Below, piece after piece: positions 17,492 to 28,714 of a DNA stretch of 64,000 nt (within the stretch, counting starts at the first letter, position 1; each line of letters opens with the position of its first letter). This DNA is from Hormiphora californensis. Taxonomy: Eukaryota > Animalia > Ctenophora. Position numbers and translations under genes: made by a program. The stretch covers positions 6,820,001 through 6,884,000 of the forward strand of contig CM035359.1 of NCBI GenBank assembly GCA_020137815.1. The letters are read 5' to 3'. The notes under the pieces were generated by a model. That model searched no databases. It was not told the DNA's origin and saw nothing but the letters and a program-made list of their open reading frames with translations.

Positions 17492-18107
17492 CCTCTCCCT
17501 CTCCCTCTCCCTCTCCCTCTCCCTCTCCCTCTCCCTCTCCTCTCCCTCTCCCTCTCCCTCTCCCTCTCCCTCTCCCTCTCCCTCTCCCTCTCCCTCTCCC
17601 TCTCCCTCTCCCTCTCCCTCTCCCTCTCCCTCTCCCTCTCCCTCTCCCTCTCCCTCTCCTCTCCCTCTCCCTCTCCCTCTCCCTCTCCCTCTCCCTCTCC
17701 CTCTCCCTCTCCCTCTCCCTCTCCCTCTCCCTCTCCCTCTCCTCTCCCTCTCCCTCTCCCTCTCCCTCTCCCTCTCCCTCTCCCTCTCCCTCTCCTCTCC
17801 CTCTCCTCTCCCTCTCCCTCTCCCTCTCCCTCTCCCTCTCCCTCTCCCTCTCCCTCTCCCTCTCCCTCTCCCTCTCCCTCTCCCTCTCCCTCTCCCTCTC
17901 CCTCTCCCTCTCCCTCTCCCTCTCCCTCTCCCTCTCCCTCTCCCTCTCCCTCTCCCTCTCCCTCTCCCTCTCCCTCTCCCTCTCCCTCTCCCTCTCCCTC
18001 TCCCTCTCCCTCTCCCTCTCCCTCTCCCTCTCCCTCTCCCTCTCCCTCTCCCTCTCCCTCTCCCTCTCCCTCTCCCTCTCTCCCTCTCCCTCTCCCTCTC
18101 CCTCTCC
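17492..18107. repeat. ~615-bp (CTCTCC)n pure polypyrimidine tract
   Basis: Direct reading. Explains the RG/LP/SP pseudo-ORFs in the track. Confidence 0.95.
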
Positions 18108-18352
18108 GGCTCTCTCGTCAAACGCGCACGGAGCACGAATTTTATGTAACGCGCGATTTTAAAACAACTCCATTGTTTTTAAGACTGCGCGGATCTGTGC
18201 CGCGCAGTTGAGTTGCGCGCTCGCGCTCACGCTTTTTCACGCACCACTGAATTTTGCGAAAAAAATGGTTTTTCGCCAGTTTTTTGTTCTGCTTTTTTGA
18301 AACGTGTTGAACTGCAGTTGCAGCCCCCGCGACAGTCGACAAAGCGTACAAT

Positions 18353-18627
18353 CAGGGCTGGCTTCAGAGCCCAGTGGCAGTGATCGCCGCCCCCTTCCTA
18401 ATATTCTTGGCAGCCAAGCCCGTAGGAATTCTAAAAATGCGTTAAAATCGGCTTTGCCCCCCCCCCCTCGGCCCCCATGAGTAGGAGCGCCTGCCACTGG
18501 ATGGGGGACTGTGCCCCAAAACCCCCCTGCCCCAGCTCACTACGCGCCCATCGGGTGCTCCGGACGCGCCCATCGGGTGCTCCGGTCGCTCACAATTTTT
18601 AGAAATTTCGGCCTGGAGCCAGCCCTG
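18353..18627. mobile_element. hAT-like MITE
   Basis: TIR cagggctggcttcag / ctggagccagccctg. TSD not clearly preserved. Confidence 0.55.
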
Positions 18628-19030
18628 CGTTTGCATTTCTATTGATTTATTTATTTATCTTATTACACCCGTAAGAGGAAATTTTATTTTTATACTTTAT
18701 CATGTAAATAATATTGACATAATATATTATATTTGAACCGGTACCCCGGCCTTCGCCAAAGTTGATATCTCCGCTGCCTCTACAGAGCAATTTACCAGTT
18801 AACTTGTTTAGAGTTCGTCTTGAGGGTCCACACAAATGTTACAAAAACTGTTACAAAAGCAATTGGGTTGGGTCGATTTAGTTACCTAGTGTGCAGTTTC
18901 TTGACGGCTTATAGATCTTTGGGGACTGCAGAGTGCAGCAGCGTATTCACCCCCAAAAATCTTTTGTAATTCATGTTTTCTTTACCCGTGATATATGCCC
19001 ACTGAACCCTAATTTCCACTGCTAGGTCTC

Positions 19031-20068
19031 ATGGAAAACCGAAAGCGTGGCTACCCTGAGGATGAAGGTTCGCAGTTCCCCCGAAAAGAGTGTCGTACCG
19101 AGAAGGTCATCAAAATATTATGTCCTTATTATTGTACAGGTGCGGTGATCGGTACCAAAGGGGCTAACATTGATCGGGTTAAATCTGAAAGTGGTACGAA
19201 CATTCAAGTATCTAAAGGACAGGCGCGGTTTCCCAAAACAGATGAACGGGTGGTTGCAATTTCGGGCGATTACGAGGGACAACTTAAAGTGATATCATTT
19301 GTAAACAACTTAGTCAGAACTGAGAACCCCTCATCGCAAGCTCGAAACGTTGACCTGAACAGTGTTGAATCGAGGCGAACAGTTTGCAAGCTCGTTGTAT
19401 CAGAGCAGTCTGTTGGACGGCTGATAGGAAAGGCGGGTGCCAATGTGTCTCGGCTAATCAGTGAACACGGTGTCAATGTTAAAATATGGAAACAGGGCGA
19501 TGCAGTGGAGGGATTAGTTGAGCGGATTGTTGAGATCGATGGAAAGGATGAAAATGTCGATAATTGTATCCGTGAAGTGGTGAAGGATGTGTTTGAGGAC
19601 GAACGAGGAGGTTTGGATTACAATTTGGATTATAATCAGTTCGGTTACTTTGAGGGCGGGTACGATCCCCAAAGAGGAGCTGCTGCCGCGGGAGGAGGTG
19701 GTGGAGGGTGGTACAAAGGTCGCAAACCAGGAGGTTTCAGGGGGAGGAGAGGTAGTTATCAAGGAGGCCGAGGTGGTTACCAAGGTGGTAGTTATGGTAA
19801 CCAAAGTGGTAACTACGGTAACCAAAGCGGTAACTACGGCAACCAAGGGGGTACGACATATGGTTACCAAAGCGGTAGTTATGGTAACCAAAGCGGTAAC
19901 TACGGCAACCAAGGGGGTACGGCATATGGTAACCAAGGCGCCAGAAGTGGTTACCAACGGGGTGGTTACAGCGGAGGGGCAAGTGGTTACAGCGGAGGGG
20001 CAAGTGGTTATACTGACAGCAATCAAGGTGGTTATTATAGTGGTTATAATGCTTATGGTGGACAATAG
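19031..20068 (+). CDS. Intronless Nova-like KH-domain RNA-binding protein: two KH domains + RGG + GYGNQ low-complexity tail
   Basis: KH1 KILCP..GAVIGTKGANI...SKGQARFPKTDERVVAISG resembles Nova KH1. KH2 KLVV...GRLIGKAGANV...ERIVEIDG. Basic NLS-like RKR at the N-terminus. Confidence 0.9.
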   Translation: MENRKRGYPEDEGSQFPRKECRTEKVIKILCPYYCTGAVIGTKGANIDRVKSESGTNIQVSKGQARFPKTDERVVAISGDYEGQLKVISFVNNLVRTENPSSQARNVDLNSVESRRTVCKLVVSEQSVGRLIGKAGANVSRLISEHGVNVKIWKQGDAVEGLVERIVEIDGKDENVDNCIREVVKDVFEDERGGLDYNLDYNQFGYFEGGYDPQRGAAAAGGGGGGWYKGRKPGGFRGRRGSYQGGRGGYQGGSYGNQSGNYGNQSGNYGNQGGTTYGYQSGSYGNQSGNYGNQGGTAYGNQGARSGYQRGGYSGGASGYSGGASGYTDSNQGGYYSGYNAYGGQ

Positions 20069-20409
20069 GATGAAACATTTCTTGCATGAAAGTGCAGTGG
20101 GTGAGTGTGTGAGTTAAATATTTTCTTTGCAAACTGTGGAGAGTGAGTGCGTGTTTTTTGTTTTATTGCCATTTTACTGCACAGAATATTATCATACATG
20201 TGTGATGATCTCAATTTGAAAATTTAACAATTATTTGATATAAACCAGGTGTAACGTTAGACATCATTACAGAAGTAAATTTTGTGCTCATTTTCTCTAT
20301 TACTTTATGTTATCTAACATCATTATTCAGAATGTATTGCTATTTATCTGCGTTTCATTTTGCTTTTTTGTTATCATCTCTCTTATCATGTCTCTTGTCT
20401 TTTCTCTCT

Positions 20410-20465
<56 letters not shown>

Positions 20466-20637
20466 TCTCTCTATGTCTTATTTTCCATTTCATGTCTTCT
20501 CCCCTTTTGTTTCATCGCATGACTTATTTCTATTTTCTACCTGTGTCACAGGTCCTGTGACCCCCTCCTTTACATATCCAACACACTTCTCCTATATCTA
20601 GCACTCCCTATCTCTCTAGGGATCTTGATCTTCTGAA

Positions 20638-23240
20638 ATGGCGGAATACCTCGCCTCCATCTTTGGAACTGAAAAGGACCGTGTTAACTGTCCATTCTAC
20701 TTTAAAATTGGAGCCTGCTGTCACGGAGATAGGTGTAGCAGGCAACACAACCGGCCGACATTTAGTCAGACTATGCTGTTGATTCATATGTACCAGAATC
20801 CTGTCCATTTCCAGAAACAAGGTGAAAAGAGATAGGGAGAGCTGAGTGAGATTGTTACATTTACTAGGGAGAGAGAAAGATTGTTATATACTATGCTAAA
20901 AGAGAGAAAAAGAAAGTTTGTTACATTTACTAAGGAGAGAGAAAGATTGTTATATTAACTAAGAGAGAGAGTTGCTAACACCGATGTACTATCCTCTCCG
21001 ATGGTTCAGGTGTTGCCTTCACGGAGGAGCAGATTCAGAAACACTTTGATGAATTCTTTGCTGATATTTACCTGGAATTAGAAGAGAAGGTAGGAACTCT
21101 AGACCGGGAGGAGGGGGGCATGTCTCATTTTCATGTTTTTGAATTTATATTCCACTTTGGAACTACCTGGATCACCTTTCCAATACATGTTTCGTTAGTT
21201 ACCCTGCCATTTTACACTGCCCCAATTTCTCTCGGACATGGGTCTGTGGTTATTCTAACAATGTAATGTACAAGGATAGGGTTGGACCTTCTAGCAATCC
21301 CTCCTCATAGCCCTGCTCCACCCTCTCTCATCGCACCCCCAAATAATGAAAATATTGTAAAGGATGGTAATAGAATAGACCCTTGCCCCATTTAACGCTT
21401 CCTATCCCCTCAGTACGGCCCCATTGAGGAGCTTAACATATGTGAGAACTTGGGTGACCATCTTATTGGAAATGTTTACTGCAAGGTACGTGTGAAACAT
21501 TGAAAATCTCATTGTTTGTTGCAGGTCCAACAAGATGGATAACACTTTATTTTAAGGAAATAAAAGCCCAGATCTCCCAAACCTTCCAAATCTCCCAAAC
21601 CTCGCCCCTTTTCTCTTTTCAAAGCCCAACTATTCTACGACTCCCTCCCTGATCCTTATTACCTCTTTTTACCCCGACCCACCCTCCCTCTTTTTACCCC
21701 GACCCACCCTCCCTCTTTTTACCCCGACCCACCCTCCCTCTTTCTACCCCGACCCTCCCTCTTTTTACCCCGATCCACCATCCCTCTTTTTACCCCCGAC
21801 CCACCCTCCATCTTTTTACCCCCGACCCACCCTCCCTCTTTTACCCCCGACCCACCCTCCCTCTTTTTACCCCCGCCCCACCCAGCACCCTCCCTCTTTT
21901 TACCCCGATCCACCCTCCCTCTTTCTACCCCGACCCTCCCTCCCTCTTCTTACCCCCGACCCTCCATCTTTCTACCCCGACCATCCCTCCCTCTTTTTAC
22001 CCCGACCGACCCTCCCTCTTTCTACCCCCGACCCTCCCTCTTTTTACCCCGACCCTCCCTCTTTTTACCCCGACCCACCCTCCCCCTTTTTACCCCCGAC
22101 CCTCCCTCCCTCTTTCTACCCCAACCCTCCCTCATTTTACCCCCGACCCACCCTCTTTTTACCCCCGACCCACCCTCCCTCTTTTTACCCCCGACCCACC
22201 CACCATCTTTCTACCCCCGACCCTCCCTCCCTCTTTTTACCCCCGACCCACCCTCCCTCTTTTTACCCCCGACCCACCCTTCCTCTTTTTACCCCCGACC
22301 CTCGCTCTTTCTACCCCGGCCCACCCTCTTTTTACCCCCGACCCTCCCTCTTTTTACCCCCGACCCTCGCTCTTTTTACCCCACCCTCCCTCTTTTTACC
22401 CCCGCCCCACCCAGCACCCTCCCTCTTTTTACCCCGATCCACCCTCCCTCTTTTTACCCCCGACCCACCCTCCCTCTTTTTACCCCCGACCCACCCTCCC
22501 TCTTTTTACCCCACCCTCATTAGAGCACGCTATCGTCACAGGCCTGTTTGTTTCATATAGTTCCGAAGGGAAGAAGATTGCGGCAAGGCATGTGAGGCTC
22601 TCAACAACCGATGGTACAACGGATCCCCCATTTATGCTGAGTTATCTCCCGTTACCGACTTCAGGTAAGTGCATGAATAGATAATCTATTATTAATTGTA
22701 GATTGTCTGGTATATTCCGAGACGTGATTTGTTTAGTTTGTATAAATTGGCGGGTCCCTTGTATCGCGAGTTTGTGTCCCACTTTTGGAGCAGCTTTGTT
22801 CGTGCGCGCGAGTATCGTGCTGTGAAGAAATGCTACACATTGTCAGCATTTGTTTCCGCCGCGCACTCCCACAGTGAACCTGGCTGTGTCACCCCCCCTC
22901 CTCTGTTCGATTCATTCTAGTATTGTTTATTTCAGGGAGGCGAGTTGCAGGCAGCACGAGTTAGCGTGAGTAGTTAATTCCTTATTCCACAACTTTTGCA
23001 TCCCCCATTCCCATCTTGCCAGACTGCCTTTCGCGAGCCCCATCCCTCATATTTAATAAATATTTAATAAATTTTGCCTTTTTTCGGCCCCGGTTCACCC
23101 AAATAAATCAGCGTCTCGATAACTTCTAATTGATATCTGTTCCAACAGGGAATGTTCACGAGGTGGTTTCTGTAACTTTATGCACATCAAAAACATATCT
23201 CGTGACATGCAGAAAACACTCGGGTAAATCTATCTTTCTT

Positions 23241-23298
<58 letters not shown>

Positions 23299-23536
23299 TC
23301 TCTCTATCTCCCTCCCCTTTTCTGACATCCATTTCCCCAGGGTACGTGAGATAAAGCACTTCACCGACTGGAATAAGGGCGGTGGTGGTGGTGGCGGTGG
23401 TGGCCGCGGTGGATTCCGAGGGGGTCGAGGTGGTGGATGGAGTAGCCGAGGAGGAGGTGGTGGTGGTGGAGGACGGGATTACGGGGACCGAGATAGGAGG
23501 GACCATCACGGAGGAGGAGGGCACAGGCGACATTAG
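20638..23536 (+). CDS. U2AF1: Splicing factor U2AF 35 kDa subunit, ~246 aa, 7 exons: 20638-20821, 21010-21089, 21414-21485, 22561-22664, 22936-22965, 23149-23223, 23341-23536
   Basis: [27 protein letters not shown]..., UHM ([27 protein letters not shown]) and ZnF2 CRQ...[11 protein letters not shown]. Exon phases are consistent. Confidence 0.97.
21660..22515. repeat. C-rich minisatellite (~25-30 bp, tttttaccccgacccaccctccctc) in U2AF1 intron 3
   Basis: Direct reading. Confidence 0.9.
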
Positions 23537-23886
23537 GAGGATGAAAGGGACGGGAGGGGGGGGGTCACTATTATACTGGATATATTCGGGTGTGAGGGCT
23601 GGTGAAAATGAAATCTAAGGCCGTAAAAGGGACATTATTTTAAAGGGAGAAGTGGAGAGAGGAGAAAACAGTGTTTGTATGACCACAAAGAAGAAAAAGA
23701 GTATATTGTCTTTATTTACATGTATTTTAACCCTGATCTGAGGCTGTGTTTTTAATTCCCCTCCTGTCTAGAGCTCTATAACAACACCCCTCCCCACGTT
23801 GTATTATCACTGACCCCCTACCTTTCCTGAGCCACTACCTTTCCTGAGTCCCTTTTCACTACCAATTACTCTCTCTCTCTAGCATC

Positions 23887-24462
23887 ATGGATCCATTAGG
23901 GGATGTACCACTGAAAGATATCAACAAGTGGGCAGCCAAGAACCTCACCCCTCAGAGGATATCAGAACAAGCAGGGAAATGGTACAAAGTCTATGATCAG
24001 GTAATAAGAAATGGGCCTGGAAAATATCTGTGTATATGAGCAGGGGGAGGGCACCGCTTTTTTGTTACAGTGGTGCTCCGTCATATGCCCAAAGCGTTAT
24101 CCATGATGATGACGTCCAAGACCCACCTGCTGCTTTTTTGCTTGTTTTGGACGTCACGGACATCGCTTTGGGTGACGCTGTGAGAGCGGCCAGCATGAAG
24201 GAGCACCATGCCACTGCCCCCCCCCCCCCTCACCACTGTTACTCCTTCTCCTCGGGTCTTTTTGGATCCCCTTGAATGTTAATTTTAAGTCTTTCTTAGG
24301 TTTTAAATCCCAAAAAAACTTACTAACCATTCCATCCCTCCACAGAAGTACCTGACGAACAAAAGCACTGTCCGGCCAATCCTACATTTGACGGCCCTAC
24401 TTGTCGGTACTGGCTTCCTCATGCACTACAAGCACCAGACGCCCTGGAGGGAACACCACTAA
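23887..24462 (+). CDS. ATP5MF: Mitochondrial ATP synthase subunit f, 76 aa, exons 23887-24000 and 24346-24462; not in the ORF track
   Basis: MDPLGDVPLKDINKWAAKNLTPQRISEQAGKWYKVYDQ-KYLTNKSTVRPILHLTALLVGTGFLMHYKHQTPWREHH matches the subunit-f pattern (L.(D/E)V.L....W, Y..Y..KY, single TM, YKH). Confidence 0.85.
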
Positions 24463-26738
24463 ATTAGAGAGGAGCATCACTAACATTATGGAGAAGAGCA
24501 TCACTAACATTCTGAAACATCATGAGTACATAAAAGGGACATTTTGAACATTTAGGACTCCAAGTTCAAATTAGAGGTGTTATTGGAGAGTAGTTATTTT
24601 GTTGTTTGAATGTGGATGTTTTGGTCGTTGGATCGGAGAGAGATAATTAACTTATTTAGTCTCAAGTGTTTTTTTTGTAAATTCTGATTTTCTTTTTCAC
24701 GACATATAAACATACCGTCTACATCTCTTCGTTCATTGAGTTATTTTGCACTAAAAAAGTGTGACTTACTTAAACAGTTTCAGCGCAAACGGTTGAGCCG
24801 CTCCGCTGCTCAAAACCACTTCTGTGATTCGGGATTATTTTTATGAAGGGCGCGAAATTATCATTGTAGCGCTGCAAATGATGCGAGCACACGCGCGCAA
24901 TCAATTTCGAAGTTTTTTTAGTTCGTGAAAGTTGTCGTTTTTTCATAGCCAGCGTTTTAATTGAAAAGCGCTGCCTTATCCCGCGTTATCAAGCGTTTTA
25001 AAATCTCGTTGACAAACGGTTTTCTAGGGTTAGGGCTAAAGTAGGGTTTGGGTTTGGCTTAGGCCTTGACATTTCCTAATAGATAAACTTTGAATTAGCC
25101 AAAACGGTTGAGTAGTTTAGCGGTTAGAGCCATTTTAGTGAATCAACTTTTTTGGAAGCGTGCACCTGTGGCCACCAAACACGGGACACCCAGATCGTAA
25201 CGGCGCCCATTTTTCCCTGCTTGCCCCCGATTTGATCTTTTACCACGCACGTGCTAAAAGATCAAATAGCAGGGTCTAGGAATCAGTACCATAGGCCCCA
25301 TGGCATGGGGGTTAAAGGGATGCACCAGGGTCCAGACTCCAGGTTACAATTGACTTTTTCCTATTTTTAGTTTCACGCTCAATTCTAAAGAGGTGGGGCA
25401 GCAATTAACAACTGTGAAAATGCGAGATCTCTACCGCGCTCATGGGTGGCTCCGGCCTACGTCCCGGGTGTCCGGGGGCGCAACCCCGGCGGGGTGTAGG
25501 GGGCAGAGTCCCCGCGAGCAGGGGCCAGGGGCTGCAAGCCCCGGTGAGAATCAAGGAGGCGAGGACCGATGCCCCTTAAAAATTTTGGGGTTTTTAGGAC
25601 AATTTTGGCAATTTGAGCCCTAAAACATATTTATCAAACTGTTTCATCCGACTGATCGAGTATTTTCTATGTTTAACATGTAAAAAATTGATAAATAAGA
25701 AAGCATGGGAAAAAACCCGTATCGGAAAAGATTAAGTTTTGGCGAAGCAATTTTGAATTGAAGTCTAGGACACCCTGGCCTCTGAAAAAATCTTTCCCAG
25801 AGCTACACGCGATATCTGCTCGTTTAGACACAAGTTAGCCGAGCTAGGGTGCACTGGATAGCGCAGCTACCCTATTCAAAACTTTCCAACGTTAGTTACA
25901 TCACACATGTAAACATCACACATGGTTTTTAGGGTCCAACTTTGATGGGCTGTAGCAAAAATATGAATTCGAGTTAAGGGCTAAAATTGCATATTTGAGG
26001 TCGGCTTGGCCTTACAACCCCATATGGAGAGCTAAGAGGGCACTCGACAAAAATTTCGCCGAGGTGTACTCTTAACATGGTTTAATAAATTTGGGACATA
26101 CTACATACTACACAGTTTTTTTGGTGAGCGATGCTCACTAAGCATGATATCTCATATTAACCATTTGACTCGTTTCCCTTTGTTGTGTATCTCATATCTG
26201 TCGATTTAAACACCAGGACCAAGAACTGAATCATGTTGTCAACCAATTTAATCATAGAATCGCACGTTTTATTCGAAAGCCACACGGGATCAGGCAGTCT
26301 GAAGAAGTCAAAATAATCATGTCCTGAACTGTTACGACGTTCCGTCATCATTCTGAGTCTAATAAAGCTCTAATTGTTCAATAGTACTCAAGACAACATT
26401 TCACGAGTAAGCATTACCGGGGGCGATATCTTATAGAACCTAGTTTTCTCTAGCTTCACCTACTTGGTGAGCAGGTGAGTTGGCATGCCAACAACTTCAC
26501 CATCATTACCGACCAATCGGTGTAACAGCCAGGAGTGAGAGACACGGCAATTGCTAAGTAAAGAAAGAGAGTTTAAAAAAGAAAGAATGTGTAAGCGTGT
26601 TCTGGCTACGTATTCAGCGTATTATCTCTTGAGTCAAAAAACACTTGTGTATTGAGTTGTTGAGAACTCAACAAGTCTTGAGTTAATAAATCTGCTTACT
26701 CTCGCTTGTTTGCTCATAACCGTTTGCTTGTACACACC

Positions 26739-28359
26739 ATGCAGCTTTTAGTGTTTACAATTGTTTCTTTCTATCTACCTGGGACAGTTTATGCTACATA
26801 CTGCCAAAGATCGGAGTAAGTTTCAAACCATACCCTGTAAATCTCGAGTAAAGGCCGCTTTCCAATCCGAGTACATCATACAAGAGATATAGATAATATG
26901 CCTTGCCTTATTTGAACAAAATTGAAAACAAGACCCTCATGTATATATTCCCTCGTTCCTCTACCTCCCTTCTTCAGTGGCCCATACGAGTACTGTGGGA
27001 CAGGTTTGCGGTGTTGCCCTGGATCTGGCTGTGCTGCTGTCTCCAGTTCGTGTTGCTACCAGACATTATCAAGATACAGTAGTGGATATTGTACTAGTGG
27101 GTCTACATGTTGCACTGACGCCACTACTACACTGTAAGTTGTATATATCTCATAATGTCTTTGCTTATAAAGTAAACGATTATTAAATCTTGTATTACTT
27201 TGTATACCTATCTCATAATATTATATGTTTCTGATTTGCATGAGCTGCAGACCCCCAATGAACACCTGTTATAACCCCAGGTGCTGCAAGGATTTATCAG
27301 AGAAGTGCTGTGAAGACGAGTATGGTAACGCCTGCATGTTGTCCCCTTGCAGAAGGTAACTTCCATTTATAATACTGGAGACCCTAGCTCTCATCTTCTT
27401 TTTCAACAGTGCAATTGCTATTTAAACAACTAAAATTTCAGAGATCATGGATACAACGACGAATGACATTATTTTCGCTGTGCTGGTGATCATATTCGTA
27501 TTGCTCACTGCTGCGATTGCCATCGGTCTACATTTTCGACAGAGAAGGGCAACCAATAATGGTGGAGAAATTTCACCCGGCTTTTACAATACGAAACTTT
27601 AGTAAGTTAGAAAGTAATAGAACAATTTATCAACAACTGGACACTCACTTTTTGTAACTTACACGTGGAATTGGTAACGAAATTACCTCTCTACATATAG
27701 GGCATAGTAAGGCAATGTAGAGGTAATTGCGTTACCAACACGTGGAAATGGTAGCCTCCGTTACCATGGTTATATATAGATTATGTACTGATGAAGTCAC
27801 ATAGTGTTATAACATCACCTTTTCAACCCTTTCAGGAGCACGGGAGTTCTCGGAAGACTCAGCGACCCTTCCGCCCTACAAAATTCCGACCCCACCACCG
27901 CGTTATGAAGATATCATGAGGAAAGTTGAGGAGATAGAGAGGGCGTGTGATGGTGATGACGCGGGACCGAGCGGTGCTTCAACCACTCTACCGGTTATTG
28001 AGGAGCAACGTGAGGAGGGACGGAATCAGATGGTTGCTAGAGGGCAGGAGGACATGGTTGCTAGGGAGGAACAAAGAGTTGCTAGGGAGCAACAAGAGGA
28101 ACAAAGAGTTACTAGGGAGGAACAAGAGGAAACAGAAACACATCGAAAACATGGGTTAGGGACAGTTGCTAAGCAACAATATAATCAGGATGATGTTGCT
28201 GGCTCCGGAAGCCAAGAAGAAGAAGAAGGGGTTGCCCACCAAACCGAAGAGGGATCATTTGAGGATGAAGTGAATAACAGTGAAGGTGAGGAGGAATTAG
28301 GACATGTTTCTGCGGTGAGAGAAACTCGCTTATCTGCATCTACTACTGTAACCGTGTAA
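26739..28359 (+). CDS. Single-pass membrane protein with signal peptide, CC-rich ectodomain and cytoplasmic PPxY (Shisa/WBP1/VOPP1-like architecture); exons ~26739-26815, 26978-27133, 27281-27324, 27442-27561, 27836-28359
   Basis: Signal MQLLVFTIVSFYLPGTVYA, repeated CC motifs, TM IIFAVLVIIFVLLTAAIAIGL followed by RQRR, then LPPY and PPPRY and an acidic tail. Donors of exons 3 and 4 are uncertain. Confidence 0.65.
27671..27738. mobile_element. Tiny palindromic MITE; related copies at ~1263-1340 and ~56235-56304
   Basis: ttggtaacgaaattacctct ... agaggtaattgcgttaccaa, flanked by duplicated cacgtggaa. Confidence 0.6.
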
Positions 28360-28405
28360 CATATATGCGACCTGATAGATGATACGTATTGATACATGAT
28401 CTAAG

Positions 28406-28514
28406 CAGGAACCGACCGAAACAAGTAAACAACCAATCAGAACTCGTTATTTAGGTCACGTGACTGGTTATCAGCCAATCAGGGACCAGTATTTCCTGAT
28501 TCGGTCGGTTGCTG
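28406..28514. mobile_element. 109-bp hAT-type MITE; truncated inverted copy at ~55722-55809
   Basis: TIR caggaaccgaccgaa/ttcggtcggttgctg and 8-bp TSD gatctaag. From memory it matches an abundant Pleurobrachia repeat (not verified). Confidence 0.85.
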
Positions 28515-28714
28515 GATCTAAGTAACTTGATCCTCAATTAATATGGTGATCAGGATGACACTTTTTAACTATATTTTCATCGTGCCTTGTAACAAATGTA
28601 TAAATTCATTTTAACAAATACGAAATAATAACGGTGGTTTATTGGTCTATGCAATTGATCGGGGTCCGACTGCAGTAATAGTAAACAATTTTTACTATTA
28701 CAATAATTATACTA

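Noticed and set aside
25312-26075. Possible TTAA-flanked Kolobok-like element
   Set aside because: Terminal inverted repeats are too imperfect to support boundaries.
27788-27815. Hammerhead-like CTGATGA motifs (27788; also 29381, 34689, 49273)
   Set aside because: None has a proper stem II followed by CGAAA with stems I and III.
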